Positions 24,474 to 37,832 of a stretch of DNA of 64,000 nucleotides are shown here, piece by piece. Position numbers and translations under genes: made by a program. The stretch covers positions 35,094,001 through 35,158,000 of the forward strand of contig NC_058368.1 of assembly GCF_018350175.1 (NCBI RefSeq), written 5' to 3'. This DNA is from Felis catus. Lineage: Eukaryota. The stretch's first letter is position 1; each line of letters opens with the position of its first letter. The notes under the pieces are model-generated. The model was not told where the DNA came from. It was given only the letters and a program-made list of their open reading frames with translations, and did no database searches.

Positions 24474-25419
24474 AGTATGTATGTGTGAGTTTACACTCAA
24501 ACACAGGTAAATCATTATTTTTAAGACTAGCTTGAGAAACAGAAAGTCTAAGTAAATATTACTCACAAGGTGAAAATGAGAACCCTATTCTGATCTGCAT
24601 CAGCGCCATATTTTTATGGTTTCCCTCTGTAGAAAATTACATCTGTGATACTAGGCACAAAATGAAGGGAATGTATCCTGTCTGATGCAGCCATATTGGT
24701 TTATATGCGGATAGCTATATAATTAATTGCTATGTTAGCACAATAAAAAAATTAAAATTCTTGAATACAATACTTTAAAATCAGGCTCCACAAAGGATCA
24801 CACCAAATCCCCCCCCCCACATTGAAAGCATTAATACTATTCCCCCATTCTTGTGTGAGTCTGATTCTCCTCTCCCTTTTCCTCGATTATTTAGCCCGGC
24901 TACATAGAACTATATTGCACATTGAGCACTTTGCTGTGTGGAAGCTTTTTGGCAGTATTAGAATAACAAAATCATTTAAATGTTTGTTAAGTTTGTCCAG
25001 TCTCTCTTCCATGGAGAAAGAACCTGAACTATCGCTTTATAAAATATAAGTGTTAAGAGGAATCAAGCTTACTCTTAATCAAAGACTTCCGAGAGTAGGC
25101 TACATTTCAAAAATCCATCAGAAAGCCATCATGTCCTTTAATGCACTAGGTTTTATGAATTAAAGCTGCTTTCCCTGGCCCTTCTGCACATTAGCATTTT
25201 TGATTGCTGGTTAGTAAACATAAGCATCCTAATGTGTTCTTCTGAAATGATTTTTGAGAATCTTTATAGAGCTTCTTTGGCTTATCTATATTCATAAAGA
25301 TGAAATCATCACACCTGCAAAATTTGCACTATCCGTAAGGTAGTTACAAGCCAGCTTTGCCACCATTTTGTCCAATAATAAGTGGAAGAGAAGAAAAAAA
25401 TTAAAATTCAAATGCCGAT

Positions 25420-26053
25420 TTAAGATCTATCTTCTTAGAAGATTTCAAGTATGCAATACAGTATTGCTAACTCTTATCACCATGTTGTACATTAGACCTC
25501 CAGAACTCATTCATCTTGCTTAACTGAAGCTTTGGACCCTTTGACCAATACCTGCTCATTTTAACCCCACCCGTCAGATCCCTGACAGATTCCCCCACCA
25601 CTGTACTCTCTGCTTCTATGAGTTTGGCTGTTTTATTTTATTTTCTTGAGGTTTAATTGACATATAACACTGTATACGTTTTAGGTATATAACCTGATTT
25701 GATGTCCATATATATTGTGATAGGATTGCCACACTAAGTTTAGTTAATATCCATCAGCACACATGGCTACAATTTTTTTCTTGTGGTGAGAATTTTTAAA
25801 ATCTACTTTCTTTGCAACATCCAAATATATAATATAGTATTATTAATTATAGTCAGCATGCTGTACATTACATCCCCAGGAGTTATTTGTCTTATAACTG
25901 GAAGTTTGTACCTTTTGACCACCTTTGCCCATTATTTTTAATTCCACATACAAGTATTTTTTAGATTTCGCATATAAGAGAAATACATACAGCATTTATC
26001 TTTCTCTAGCTGACTCAATGCCCTCAAAGTCTACCCATGTTGTCACAAATGGG
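25420..26053 (-). mobile_element. Two L1MA-type 3' ends, apparently nested
   Basis: The same 3'UTR motif (ATGTTGTACATTAGAC...CTTTGACCA; ATGCTGTACATTACATC...CTTTTGACCA) occurs at ~25480 and ~25860; the second copy has its own T-rich tail at ~25630. Confidence 0.75.
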
Positions 26054-26500
26054 AGTTCTGATACAGTTTCTAAGAATCTGGCACCATGTAAGTATGTACT
26101 CAATAACAGCTGGCACTGAAGGATGTAGCGATGAAAAAAATCAACTTTGTCAATTATTATTTTCTTCCCTACATTTTTAAGGGTACAATAAAATTGCATT
26201 GTACCATCTGCACAAGAAAATTAGTCTAACAAGAAAAAAGCTACTATGCAATGTTCACTGATACTTCTGCTCACTCCATTCCAGAAGAAACTGTCATGCT
26301 GTGCTTCCTTTGCTATCTGCACAGATGACAAAGCATGCAGTTGATGGCAAGTTTATATTGTGGGGGACACCAATGATTTTCAAATGGAAAATAATCACAT
26401 TTACTGAGATCTGAATCTATGAAGTTTTTGATTTTTTTTTTTTTACTTCAAGTTATTCTTAAGGTAACTTTTGAGATTTTTGATAAGAATTTAAAGGATA

Positions 26501-26733
26501 AGGATGCCTGGATGGCTCAATCGGTTGGGTGTCTGACTTTGGCTCTGGTCATGATCTCACAGTTCGTGGGTTCAAGCCCCACATCATGCTCTGTGCTCAC
26601 AGCTTGGAGACTGGGCCCTGCTTTGGATTCTGTGTCTCCTTCCCTCTTCCCCTTCCCTGCTCGCTCTCTCTCTCTCTCTCACTCTCTCTCAAAAATAAAC
26701 AAACATTAAAACACATTTTTTAAAGAAAAGAAA
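26501..26733 (+). mobile_element. CAN-SINE (older)
   Basis: TSD AAGAATTTAAAGGATA (26485-26500, 26734-26749). Confidence 0.96.
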
Positions 26734-27540
26734 AAGAATTTAAAGGATAGGTGGTGAGCTTAGAAATGAAGACAAACCCACAGAATGAATTCAGTCAATG
26801 CCAGTTTAGAGTGTCACATCCAAATTCTGTAACTACATGTCAGTAACTAGTCAGGTTCAGTTAAGGCTAAAAGAAACTTTCTAACTAACACAAGAGTCAT
26901 AAGTTAGCACTGTAGTGATGAGGTTGAAATGCAAATTTATCCTGAAATATATAAATAAAGAAAAAAAATGTAAGAAACAGGAGGTCACCTCTGTATTCAT
27001 GTTGCAGCAAAGGGAAAAACGGAAAATGTGCTAATGGGTTGAAAGAATCCTAGGATTATAAAAAGAGAAGGCTAAGTTTTAACACTCATCCACACCACTT
27101 ATTCTCCCAACCCTAACCTTGAGTAAAGTTACTATTTAGATTCACAGAAAGGATGGCCCTTGTTATCCCAAAAAATGAATTTTTAAGCTCTACAAAGCAG
27201 AGAGAGAGAGAGAGAGAGAGAACATTATTCATTCTGACTCCTGTCTCAAGAGAGCAGAATGGATTAACTAAACCATCTTTGGCAACCGTGTGTTTATGTT
27301 ACACCAAATCTAAATGACCTTCTGCTGTTGACATTTATACCTGGGATCTCAGTTATTCCTTTGATTGAGTGAGCGATGATGAGCACATCATTATATATTC
27401 TTGAGCCCCAATGTCCTCATCTACTTACTGAGGGAATAACATAGGTATATTTGCCTAAGAAAACTGTAATGACAATCAAAGGCAAAATGCTTTATTAACC
27501 ATTAGCAAACTGGTTAAGAGCAAATTCTTTATGCATACAA

Positions 27541-27729
27541 ACTGTGGAGCCATGGGCTAGTAACTTAATCTCTCTGGGCCTCAGTTTCCTCATAAGTAAA
27601 ATGAGGATAATGGTACTACTGATACTATTTACCTCATATGGTTGTTGTCAGGATTAAATTAGTTTATTTAGGTAGAGAGTTTAGTGTCTGGGATACAGTA
27701 AGTGCTATCTAAGCATTTGCTATTATTAT
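27541..27729 (+). mobile_element. MIR
   Basis: CTTAATCTCTCTGGGCCTCAGTTTCCTCATAAGTAAAATGAGGATAAT core. Confidence 0.85.
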
Positions 27730-28293
27730 AGATATGATGTTGAGAATTCTGACAGAGTTCTTCCTATACAACATAAATCCTTTCTACTGCACTTTAAGCA
27801 CATATTCTGGTTGGTGGAAAAAGAGCTTGAGGAAAATGATTCAGCATAGCAAGAGTGAAAATGATCTCCCAAAAGCTAAGGAAACCATTAAAAGTTCCCA
27901 AGCCTTTCATTACCCAAAGCTGTCAATTTATTGTATTACAGTGCCCCGTAATGACAGTGGTCATTATGTTTTGCTAAAAAAGTAACTGCATTACATCAAA
28001 CACCTTTCAGAGTATATGTAAGATACAGTTATTAACAAGCACCTAAGTTACACACAGATACATGTAGCTTTAGAGTAAATATTTAGCTTCAAAAATGTTT
28101 CTATATCTTTCTCGATAAAATCAAGAAAGAGACCTAGATAAAAATATGGTAAATAAGTAGATAAGTAGTCAGAGATAATACATAACAGATGGTTAAAAAT
28201 TCTGAATTGATGTCCATTTTTATCTTAATCATTACTTGGCAGTTTTTACCTAAGACCAAAGAAAAATAAAGATTTACCCACAAATTAACTTTT

Positions 28294-28515
28294 TTTTTAA
28301 TTTTTTTTCAACGTTTTTTATTTATTTTTGGGACAGAGAGAGACAGAGCATGAACGGGGGAGGGGCAGAGAGAGAGGGAGACACAGAATCGGAAACAGGC
28401 TCCAGGCTCCGAGCCATCAGCCCAGAGCCTGACGCGGGGCTCGAACTCACGGACCGCGAGATCGTGACCTGAGCTGAAGTCGGCCGCTTAACCGACTGCG
28501 CCACCCAGGCGCCCC
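28294..28515 (-). mobile_element. Young felid CAN-SINE
   Basis: Near-consensus; TSD CACAAATTAACTTTT (28279-28293, 28516-28530). Confidence 0.97.
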
Positions 28516-28850
28516 CACAAATTAACTTTTAAAAGCTTGATCAGCAACAGCCTTGGCCATAAAGAAAAAAAAAAAACATAAAAGAAGAAACAGGTCAAGT
28601 GATTTTAAGGAGGCCTGCAATCATTTTCTTCTACAAAACAGGAAAACTGAAGAGCAACAGGCTATTTAGACTTACAAAGGAAAAAAATGCATATGGATAT
28701 TTCCATACATATCTACAACATTATATGTATGTATAACAACACACAAAAGTAGGAAATGTGAAATGGTAGGGTGTCATTTAATTCATAGGTATACATACAT
28801 ATGACAAGGTGGCTCACTCTATTGCTTTTCTAATAAGAAGGACACTGTAT

Positions 28851-29058
28851 GGGGTGCCTGGGTGGCTCAGTCTGTTAAATGTCTAACTCTATAGATTTCG
28901 GCTCAAGTCATGATCTCACAGTTCATGAGTTCAAGCTCTACATCGGGCTCCACATTTGCAGTGTGGAGCCTGCTCGGGATTCTCTCTCTCCCTCTCTCTG
29001 CCCTTCTCCAGCTTGCTCACACACTCAAAGTAAATACGTAAACTTAAAAATAAAAAAG
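28851..29058 (+). mobile_element. CAN-SINE (older)
   Basis: TSD AAGAAGGACACTG (28835-28847, 29059-29071). Confidence 0.95.
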
Positions 29059-29374
29059 AAGAAGGACACTGCACCAGAAAATATGGTAATTTCTAATAGC
29101 ATATTCATACATCTGATCATAGACTATCTTAGGAAGACAAGCTTTTTTTTGCTTCTGAGGTCATCATAAAACTAAGTGACCTGTGAAGCTAAGAAATTAC
29201 TGATTCTGTTGCTCTTTGAGCCATGAATCTGGTTGAATCTTTGTGATATCATAAAGGCACAAAGTATACATTTTTAAGTGAGCACTCTAGTCAATTTCCA
29301 TGATCACATCCATTGTGTTAACCAATAAAATTGTTTTGACCATAATAATCAAGTCATCGAAAAAGATTAATTTT

Positions 29375-29488
29375 GGGGTGCCTGGCTGGCTTAGTAAGTG
29401 GAGCTGTGTGACTCTTAATCTCGGGGTTGTGAGTTTGAGCCCCTTGTTGGGTGTAGAGAATACTTAAATAAAACCTAAAAAAAAAAAC
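29375..29488 (+). mobile_element. Short tRNA-Lys(CTT)-derived SINE or retropseudogene
   Basis: GCCTGGCTGGCTTAGT...GACTCTTAATCTCGGGGTTGTGAGTTTGAGCCCC..GTTGGGTG aligns to tRNA-Lys-CTT; no CT tract; A tail; TSD AGATTAATTTTG/AGATGAATTTTG. Confidence 0.85.
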
Positions 29489-29911
29489 AGATGAATTTTG
29501 TTTTAAAGACTTGACTATGAAATATGAATGAACTAATTTATGCCAGTTGACTCAAAATAATCCACCCTCAAGTGGTAAATTATAGAATGAATTATCAAAA
29601 TAAGTAATTTGCTTTTGATACGGGAAATAGCCACATATAAAGGTCGGGCATATCATTTAGTGAGCCACAAATATGACACTTTGAAAAGGTATCTTTTCTA
29701 TTATCCTAAGCACTGTATTTCAATTGGTAACAATCTTGTAATTTTAAATTCCATTAAAATTGTCATGTGATGCTCAAGTTCATTATTTTGCAAGATAGAA
29801 TAGCAACAACTGGGGGCCTGCAGATTCAGTTTACTCAGACTGGGTCAGTAATTCTGTGAGTATGACTTTGAACAAATCATTACACTTCCCAAAGTGGAAT
29901 GCTTCAGACCA

Positions 29912-29957
29912 AAACAACAACAACAACAACAACAACAAAACCCAAAAACAACAACAA
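29912..29957. repeat. (AAC)n microsatellite
   Basis: Read directly. Confidence 0.9.
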
Positions 29958-31221
29958 AGTCTAGCCTAGACAAGGTATTAATTTGGAAGTTTCTGACTCT
30001 CAGATTTGCCTCTCAGATTTTCACGTGTATATGCCTCTCAGTTATTCACATGTATTCATACTCCTAGGGACAACAGGTTGGAAATTTTGAAAATAGCAAA
30101 AAGGAACATGAAAAAAAAAATCAAAAGACTTAATTATTCCATCCACAGACACAAACACGTTTCCCCACCACCACCAATGTGAGAAACTAGTCTCAAATAG
30201 GTATATGACTATATGACATAATGTAATCCTCTTAAAAATGGGGATCACCATTAAGTTTTTTTCAAGCTTAAACTCACCAATGATGGTCTAAAGCCATTCA
30301 CATCCTAAAGGAGATTTGAGTCCGAAGAAAACAACCCCCCACTACTGTCTTTACACGCATATACCCCAAGCCTCAGATAAGTCCCCATTGTCTTTATGGT
30401 ATTAGATGGTCTCAAACTCGTCCTTAATATAGCAACCAAATTCCGACTTATATGTAAAACAGAAAATAGGCAGTCCTTAAGAAAGTTGAAATTCTTTGAC
30501 TCTTTGTTTCTGAATAATTCTTTGTGTAAACTGTCCTCACTGTTGGTGTTTAGGAAAGAAATCAGGGCTGGGTTTTAGAATGATGGGGTCTGTTGCTCCT
30601 AGGAGCCTGTGCCCAACCATTTTCAAATGTGTACTCTGTGAACCCAAGACACCTTCACAAGATCTGATCATCGCAACCCCAGGTCTCTGAGGCAACCACA
30701 AAGGGAACAAAAGGCAGAACATAGAAGTTATGGATGTTTTAGTCTTTTAAACACATACAAAATGCACAAAAGAAACACCAGTTCTCTTTATCTTTCAGGC
30801 TAACCTGAAGCACTTTTTATACAAATAGATTTGATTTTTTCATGTATCTATGAAGATCTTAGGCATAAAATAAATGGGAGGTTGGAGCCTATATCCTGTT
30901 TACTGAAAACAAGACTTTTCAGATAAACTGTAGCAATTAGTACTACATTCCCTCCCTAACCCACATTATTTTCACTGCATGTCTGCATTAAATTCCAACA
31001 TTTTTGAAAGCCAAAATTATTTGTGGAATTAATAACCTGAAAAATCACCCTCACCCAGCTTTAAACTGACCTTTTGTCTCATTTGGTTACATTACTCATT
31101 ACTCACAACCTTATGGAATTCGCATAGAGGGAGGCAACATTATTAGTTTTTGAAATACCAGTGTGACTTAATTTCTCCATTAATAGGGTAAAATAGACAG
31201 ATTTAAAAAATAATGGTAGAT

Positions 31222-31450
31222 GGAGGCGCCTGGGTGGCTCAGTCAGTTGAGCGTCCAACATCGGCTCAGGTCATGATCTCACCCGGTCTGTGGATTCAAG
31301 CCCTAAGTCAGGCTCTGTGCTGACAGCTCAGAGCCTGGAGCCTGCTTCAGACATGTGTCTCCCTCTCTCTCTGCCCCTCCCCTGCTCATGTTCTGTCTCT
31401 CTCTCTGTCAAAAATAAATAAACATTTAAAAAATAAATAAATAAAGAAAT
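31222..31450 (+). mobile_element. CAN-SINE
   Basis: TSD AAAAAATAATGGTAGATGGA (31205-31224, 31451-31470). Confidence 0.96.
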
Positions 31451-34400
31451 AAAAAATAATGGTAGATGGAAATTTTTGCTGAGCTGATATGAAGCTCTTG
31501 CTAAGAATCTAACACTTGTTCTGGTATGCTTGTTGCTTTCCAAACATGTGTTTGCTTTTTCTTTTTCTTTTTTTTTTTGTAGACACAGGCTTAGAGTCAA
31601 GCACTCCATAATTGACTGCTTATGAATGTTTTCTGTTGAATCATTGACCTTGGTGGTATATCACAGCTTGAGAGAATGATCCACAAAACTCTTGTGCCAC
31701 CGCTGAAAGATCATAGGAATATTTGCCATTCATGTCTATGCTCAGAATGGTTATTTGATGAATACAAAGTCTTTAAAGATTGTTGGATACATTTACTATT
31801 CAGAGTCAAACTGAAGGGGTTTTTTGCCTGCTTTTTTTTTTCATTTTATCCAATACTCTGAGGGAAAGTTATTTTTACATTCACAGATATTTAACAGAGT
31901 TGAATATACTGTATATGTTGTTTACCAGATATAGTGAATGCTGAGGTCTGCTTTTTTTCTTTCCTTCTTTCTTTACTTTTTTTTTTTTTTTAAAGAAAAC
32001 AGCTTTCATCTCAGGAATGTGGTTATGTTACATTCTTAACACATAGCAAAACATTCTGGAGGATGTACTCATCTTTGATTTCAATACCAGTAGAAAAGGG
32101 GTTTTTCAAAAGTGATCATGTATACCCATAGTGGTAGGATGTTTTTAATAGAGTTATTTTAAGCTACTCTCCCTATTTTTTGTCTGAACAATACACACAA
32201 TTTTAAAAACCAGTTATAAAATCATAGGGTGTTAGAGTGAGAAAACCTCTTGAAGGTTCTCTACTCTAACCACATCTTATGACAGAATGGTTGGGAGTAG
32301 GGTGGCCTTGAGATGAACTTTCCTCTGTATTAGTAACTGGACTGAACAGGGGAGCAAGCAAACAAATATTCTCATGAGTGACCATGTTTTCAGCATAATG
32401 TTTAGCAATTTTAAGCTCTATCTTACCATCATCATCTTAATAGTACTTTTCCCTGTTAGACCGCTGCATACTGAGCTGCTACAGATAATCATTTCTGAAT
32501 TCAGTGTTCAATAGTTCCCACTCTAGAACGCAGAATGAGACAGGTCAATACCAGCCATGGAAGAGATATGTAAAATAAGTGTTAAAAAGCCAAGAGAAAA
32601 GGCAAGGAATGACTTTAGTTGAAATTTGAAATAAATATCAAAAACTCCTACACACAGAAAGAAGCAATCACTGCTCAACCAAAACCTAAGTGAGAATTCT
32701 TTACATATTGTGAAAAAAATGAACTGGGATTAGTGAAATGGGAACACTGGGGCAGATATGGGAAGGTATGGCACAGAGGGGAAGAGAAGCTCTGCTAACT
32801 TGTCTTCCCAAAAGCTTGAAGTTCATCTCCCTGGGGTCGGCACCGCAAACACAGTGGAAGGTTCTTCCCCTCACCTTTACCCTGTGCACCTTGTTCAGGC
32901 TAGAGTTTGCCTTCTGTGACTCCCTTTTCCCTTTAAGATTGTCTGGATCTTTCTATTTTGAAAAAACAGTGTGTGAAAAATGGGGCAAGTGGAACTAAGG
33001 GGAGAGAGATGCTGATGTGGGAATGGGGACAGAACATCATATTTTTTTAGTGCCAATTCATTTAGAGTCATCAAGAAATCTTCACCTAAAATCTTTTTGA
33101 TATTTTTGTTTGGTTGTGTTTTATTTAATTTAATTCTATTGACTTTCCCCCCACACAGCCATTACTACTTATCAGACTGATGATTCCTGACTAGATTCTT
33201 GAAGGAAATGATTAGTGGAGCCATTATAAATACCTTGAAGTAAAAGGGGAAAAATACAGTAATGTCTACTTGTATGGTAAGGATTTCTTTATTGGTATTC
33301 ATAAAACTATCCTTAGAAAATTTTGGTGAGTGACTTGCCTAGAGAGGTGTCTTAAAAGTTGTCACAATGGGCTCATCCACTGGTTCTCTACAATCGATGC
33401 TATACCCTGATGACTTGAGTCTGGCAGTAGCTATATTGATATTTCGTTGTTCGCCTTGGTTTGTATTTCATATTCCTAGTGCCATGAGCACCACTAGACT
33501 CTTTTTTTCCGTTTTGCCAATTGACCCTACTCCTCTCTCACTCTCTCTTCCAGCCTTTCAGCTAAGCATCTTATTCAAAGCATTAGATGGCAAATTCTTC
33601 TATTTCTTTAGCTAAATAGGTTGATTCTTATTATCACTTCCTATCTGGGAAGACATTAGGAATGTGTGTATCTTGGCAGAATGAATAGAAAACCATTTCT
33701 GATTCTTACCTCCCACCAAGGACAGATTACACTAGAAGACAATTTCCAACTTTGGCCATTTATCAACCCATTAACAGAGCACTAATGTGTCAGTTTAAAG
33801 AATCCATCAGGAGATAGACCAGGAAATGAAAACAGCAAACCCTGTAAAAATAATTACTAGTGCTACTCAAATATATCCTTGCACACCATTTTTATATCCC
33901 TTTAGTGGAAACAGTTATGATCCACAAATAATGACAATATTTTAATGCACTCCTGAAACTCCTCAGAGTTTTGTTTTTTTGTTGTTTTGTATGTGTGTGT
34001 GTGTGCATGTGCATGTGTGTGCATGCTGAGAGGCATTTGGGGGACAACACAAAGAATGAATTTACTCACTGTACTAATGGAAGATGTCTTGGGTCTAATT
34101 AGTATTCACAGTATTAAAACCAATGATGAGCTATTGAGATGCTCTAGAGAATAGGACTGTATTTACAGCCCTTTTTCAGACAGATGCAAATCTAATCACC
34201 TGCTGACCTCAGAGCAATGGCTAGACTTTGAGACAGGTGTAGAGCTGATGTCCCCTCACCACATGCCTCAGCGTGGGTGCAGACTGTCAGTATTAAAGCT
34301 GATGCCCCACCCCCAACCACTTTGCCTTTCATCACCTAAAGCTCTCAGCCAGAAAGTGGTGACAGAGGCGGCCTGCGTTGTATGTCAACAGATTATCAGG

Positions 34401-36717
34401 ATGGTTAGTAATATTCCCTTGCTAGGAGCCTTTTTAAATCCCTGCATTGGCAATCCTAAAGCTCTGTTGATTCTTGTTACTTGCTGATAAGGCTTTTAAT
34501 GGCCAAAGCCTGATATATTTTTAGATCTTTTGTCACCATGGGTCTCCTGTCACTCACTGGGGTTGAAATCAGCAGGCTATTAGTTTGCCCAATGTATAAT
34601 CTCAAGTCCCACGGAACAGGGCTTGCAGCAAGTAGGTCTCCTGATTCTGAAATTTACTTTAGATTTTTATTCATAGAGCACTGTCATTTCTTCCTTGAAA
34701 ACTAAAGTGAAAACATATCTGTCTGGAGCCGTGTTAGAACTCTCTTAAGGAAAACATATTTTAAAGCATCCTGCTATTTTCATTAAAATGATATACATAA
34801 TATGTCTATTTGCATAACGTACCAAATATAGTTCAAATATTTTTAAATTATTGGCTAATTCTTTTTTCCCCCTAAAAGACGCAATTAGAATCTCTTTTTT
34901 ATTCAGATTTGTAGCAGTCGCTTAAGATAGAAGTTAACAAATCATCAAATGGAGAAACTAGATGAACTAGTAGGAAACAAAATTACTTTCAGTGCACCAA
35001 GAAATACTGGACCAATGTCCTTCAAAAGATGCAATATGGAAACAATCCCTTGGTCATCACTAAAATGGTCTTTAGCTAGAGGTTTTTGTTAATGGAAATA
35101 AACCCCTGTCCATAGTTTCTCATTTGTAAGAGTGCTCTTGCTGCCTAAGCAGGAGGTTACAACAAGAGAATAAGGGAGCATAAAAGAGGAATTTGAAAAG
35201 ATTTCAGCAGGTACTTTACTGAGGAAGGAGCAATTGTAAACACTCAGTCAATGTAAGGGAAACATGCAGGAGACAGTCAATCACCGAAGTGAACAGATTG
35301 TGAATTTGACACAGGAGATGAACACAGGGCAAAGTTCAGTTTCCAGGAGAGTGAAACCAAGAGATGATGTTAAGTATGTAACTTTTTCTTAAAAAGCATT
35401 GTTTTTAGCTTTTAAATTAGAAAATATCAAGCTGCAAAAAAGGGAGAGAGTAACACTACCCCCAAGGGTCTGCTTTTAGAAGAAATTTGAAAGACAGGTG
35501 TGCCGCGGGATGGCAGGGGGCACCGTGAGCAGGACATGGTTGACACAAAAAGGGTCATTGTGTCGAAATGGAGTGAACCAGACCCATGGAGAGAATACTG
35601 TGTTAATGTGAGGCACAATCAAGTTTTAGAATAAATAACTCAGTTGGATGAAAGAGCCCTTTAAATAGAAAGTGCAAACATGATTTGAAGACACTGTGAA
35701 ATGCGATGAGGATTAAACTCCAATTTCCTGGAAAAATAAGCCAGATACAGCCTAAAATACATGATCTCATCCAACTGTACATTTTCTCCCTGTTGTAAAA
35801 ATGTATACTGCTCTCCCCTAAATCTTGGCTACTTCTTCTCACAAAACCTGCTTTCTTTCACTTTCCAGAACTAATACTTATCCATTTTAGCAAAAGCTGA
35901 AGACACCAAGGGAGCAAAATACCACAGTAACCCTGATGCCTCGGAAGGTGCGGTCTCAGGAAGTCCTCAGCAAAGGAGCTGACTGCTGAAGGAATGGAAG
36001 CAGAGCAGTTCCAGCGGGCCGCCACGGGAGACTCCCTCCACTATGCTCACCAGGGATCCCACTCTCTCCACTTTGTGTACTCCGATTTTCAGAGGAATAA
36101 AATAATATGTATGTTTGGAACGCTGCACTAACACACATCCTTCCGTCTTAGCATTTGTCTTTGAACCTCAACAGTATGAATTTCCTACCACCTATTTCTT
36201 TTCCTGAGCAATTATACTGGGATTTCTGTCATTTCCAAAATAATAAGATTGTACTTACTAACAATGACTTTAATATTAAAGCTAAAATTTATTTTGGGGG
36301 TGTTCATTCTCTCTGATCCTCCCTCAGTGTTTGACAAAACAGATTATGATTATCCAGAGAACCTCCTTTTTTGCAGCCACATACTATTTTGTGTCCTATC
36401 CTCTTTTATACTTCCTCAGTATTTCCTTTGTAACTACTATTAGAAGGACAATAGTTACAAAGACACACTGAGGAAGCAAGATATAATATGTTATGTTAGG
36501 GAAGTAGGAGGCAGGAGACAAAATATATTATGTCAAATATGTGTTATCTTAACATGATTTATTTTTATGTATCTTCCCTCATAAATAATCCAGTATGTAT
36601 ATCATGACCATTTTATATCTATATGATTTATGAAAAATATAATAAAACTGAGACATGCCATTGAAATACTTGAAATCTGATTATAAAACAAAGCATGTAA
36701 CCAGAAATAATTTTAAC

Positions 36718-36914
36718 TTTTTAAAAAATGTTTGTTTATTTATTTTGAGAGAGAGCGAGTAGGGGAGTGGCAGAGAGAGAGAAAGAACCCCAAGCAGGCG
36801 CCACACTGTCAGCACAGAGCCCAACGCAGGGCTGGATCTTACAACCTGTGAGATCATGACTTGAGCCAAACCAAGAGACAGATGCTTAACCAACTGAGCC
36901 ACCCAGGTGCTCCC
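36718..36914 (-). mobile_element. CAN-SINE (older)
   Basis: GAGATCATGAC...CTTAACCAACTGAGCCACCCAGGTGCTCCC. Confidence 0.94.
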
Positions 36915-37832
36915 AAATAACTTAAGCACCATTACAAAGAGGATATTATGAGGTTCAAATGTATAACGCACAAATTTTGTGCTTTATTATTTATACTGTG
37001 TAATATTAGAACATCATGAAGGCAGGTTTATCTCTAAAATATCATAGATAAGGTTTGAACTATATATTTCAGCAAATGATGTAAATAAACTAAGAGTGCA
37101 AGGACTTTCTGTTGATAAGAATGGCTTGCATAAAAAATCATTAGTATAGACATTTAGAGGTAGATCGATCTAACATTTCTCTAAACCCATTAAATATTTC
37201 TGAGTGAGATTTTTCATCATGTTAAATTTTACCAGATTGAATATTTTGAGTCCCATTCCACTGAACAACTTTAAATAAAGGATTTGCTTTTTAATCATGC
37301 ATTTACATTAATCATAAATTTGGAATGCAACATCTTCAACTTGGTTATTTCTATTGGAATCAGTTCTTTCAGGGCTTCATGCTTATCCTTTAGTAAAGAC
37401 ACAGATTCCTCAAAATATATTTCAAATGTAAAAGATGAGAAAAATACTTATTCATAGAGAAACCTGGGAAATATAACACTTACAATAGCAAACCCAGAGT
37501 TGGGTAATAAAAATTTCAAAAATGCTATCACTAAACAATTTACAACAGCTCCAGAAGCCTATTTTTAAAGGAAACACAAAAACAGAAATTTTAGAAAAGT
37601 GATTCACAAGACTGAAGCTATTGATAGAGAAAAGCTGAAGTACTGAGAAACAGATGAGTCAGAAGCAAATTTAGAGTAGCACATCAAAGAATGTCTTACA
37701 AATTCATTATTTGGAGGGGGACTCTAATCAATGCCAGCTATAATAAGCAAAAACAGAAAAAGAAGCATATTTACATAGAATAAAACTTAAAATAACAAGA
37801 ATCCTCAATTTTTAAAACTGCGGGCCTCTTCC

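Noticed and set aside
29375..29455. Functional tRNA-Lys gene
   Set aside because: Substitutions in the stems and B box, a SINE-type leader, A tail and TSD indicate a retroposed copy.
35500..35525. CTCF site (TGGCAGGGGGCACC)
   Set aside because: Only the 3' half of the core matches; not enough without ChIP data.
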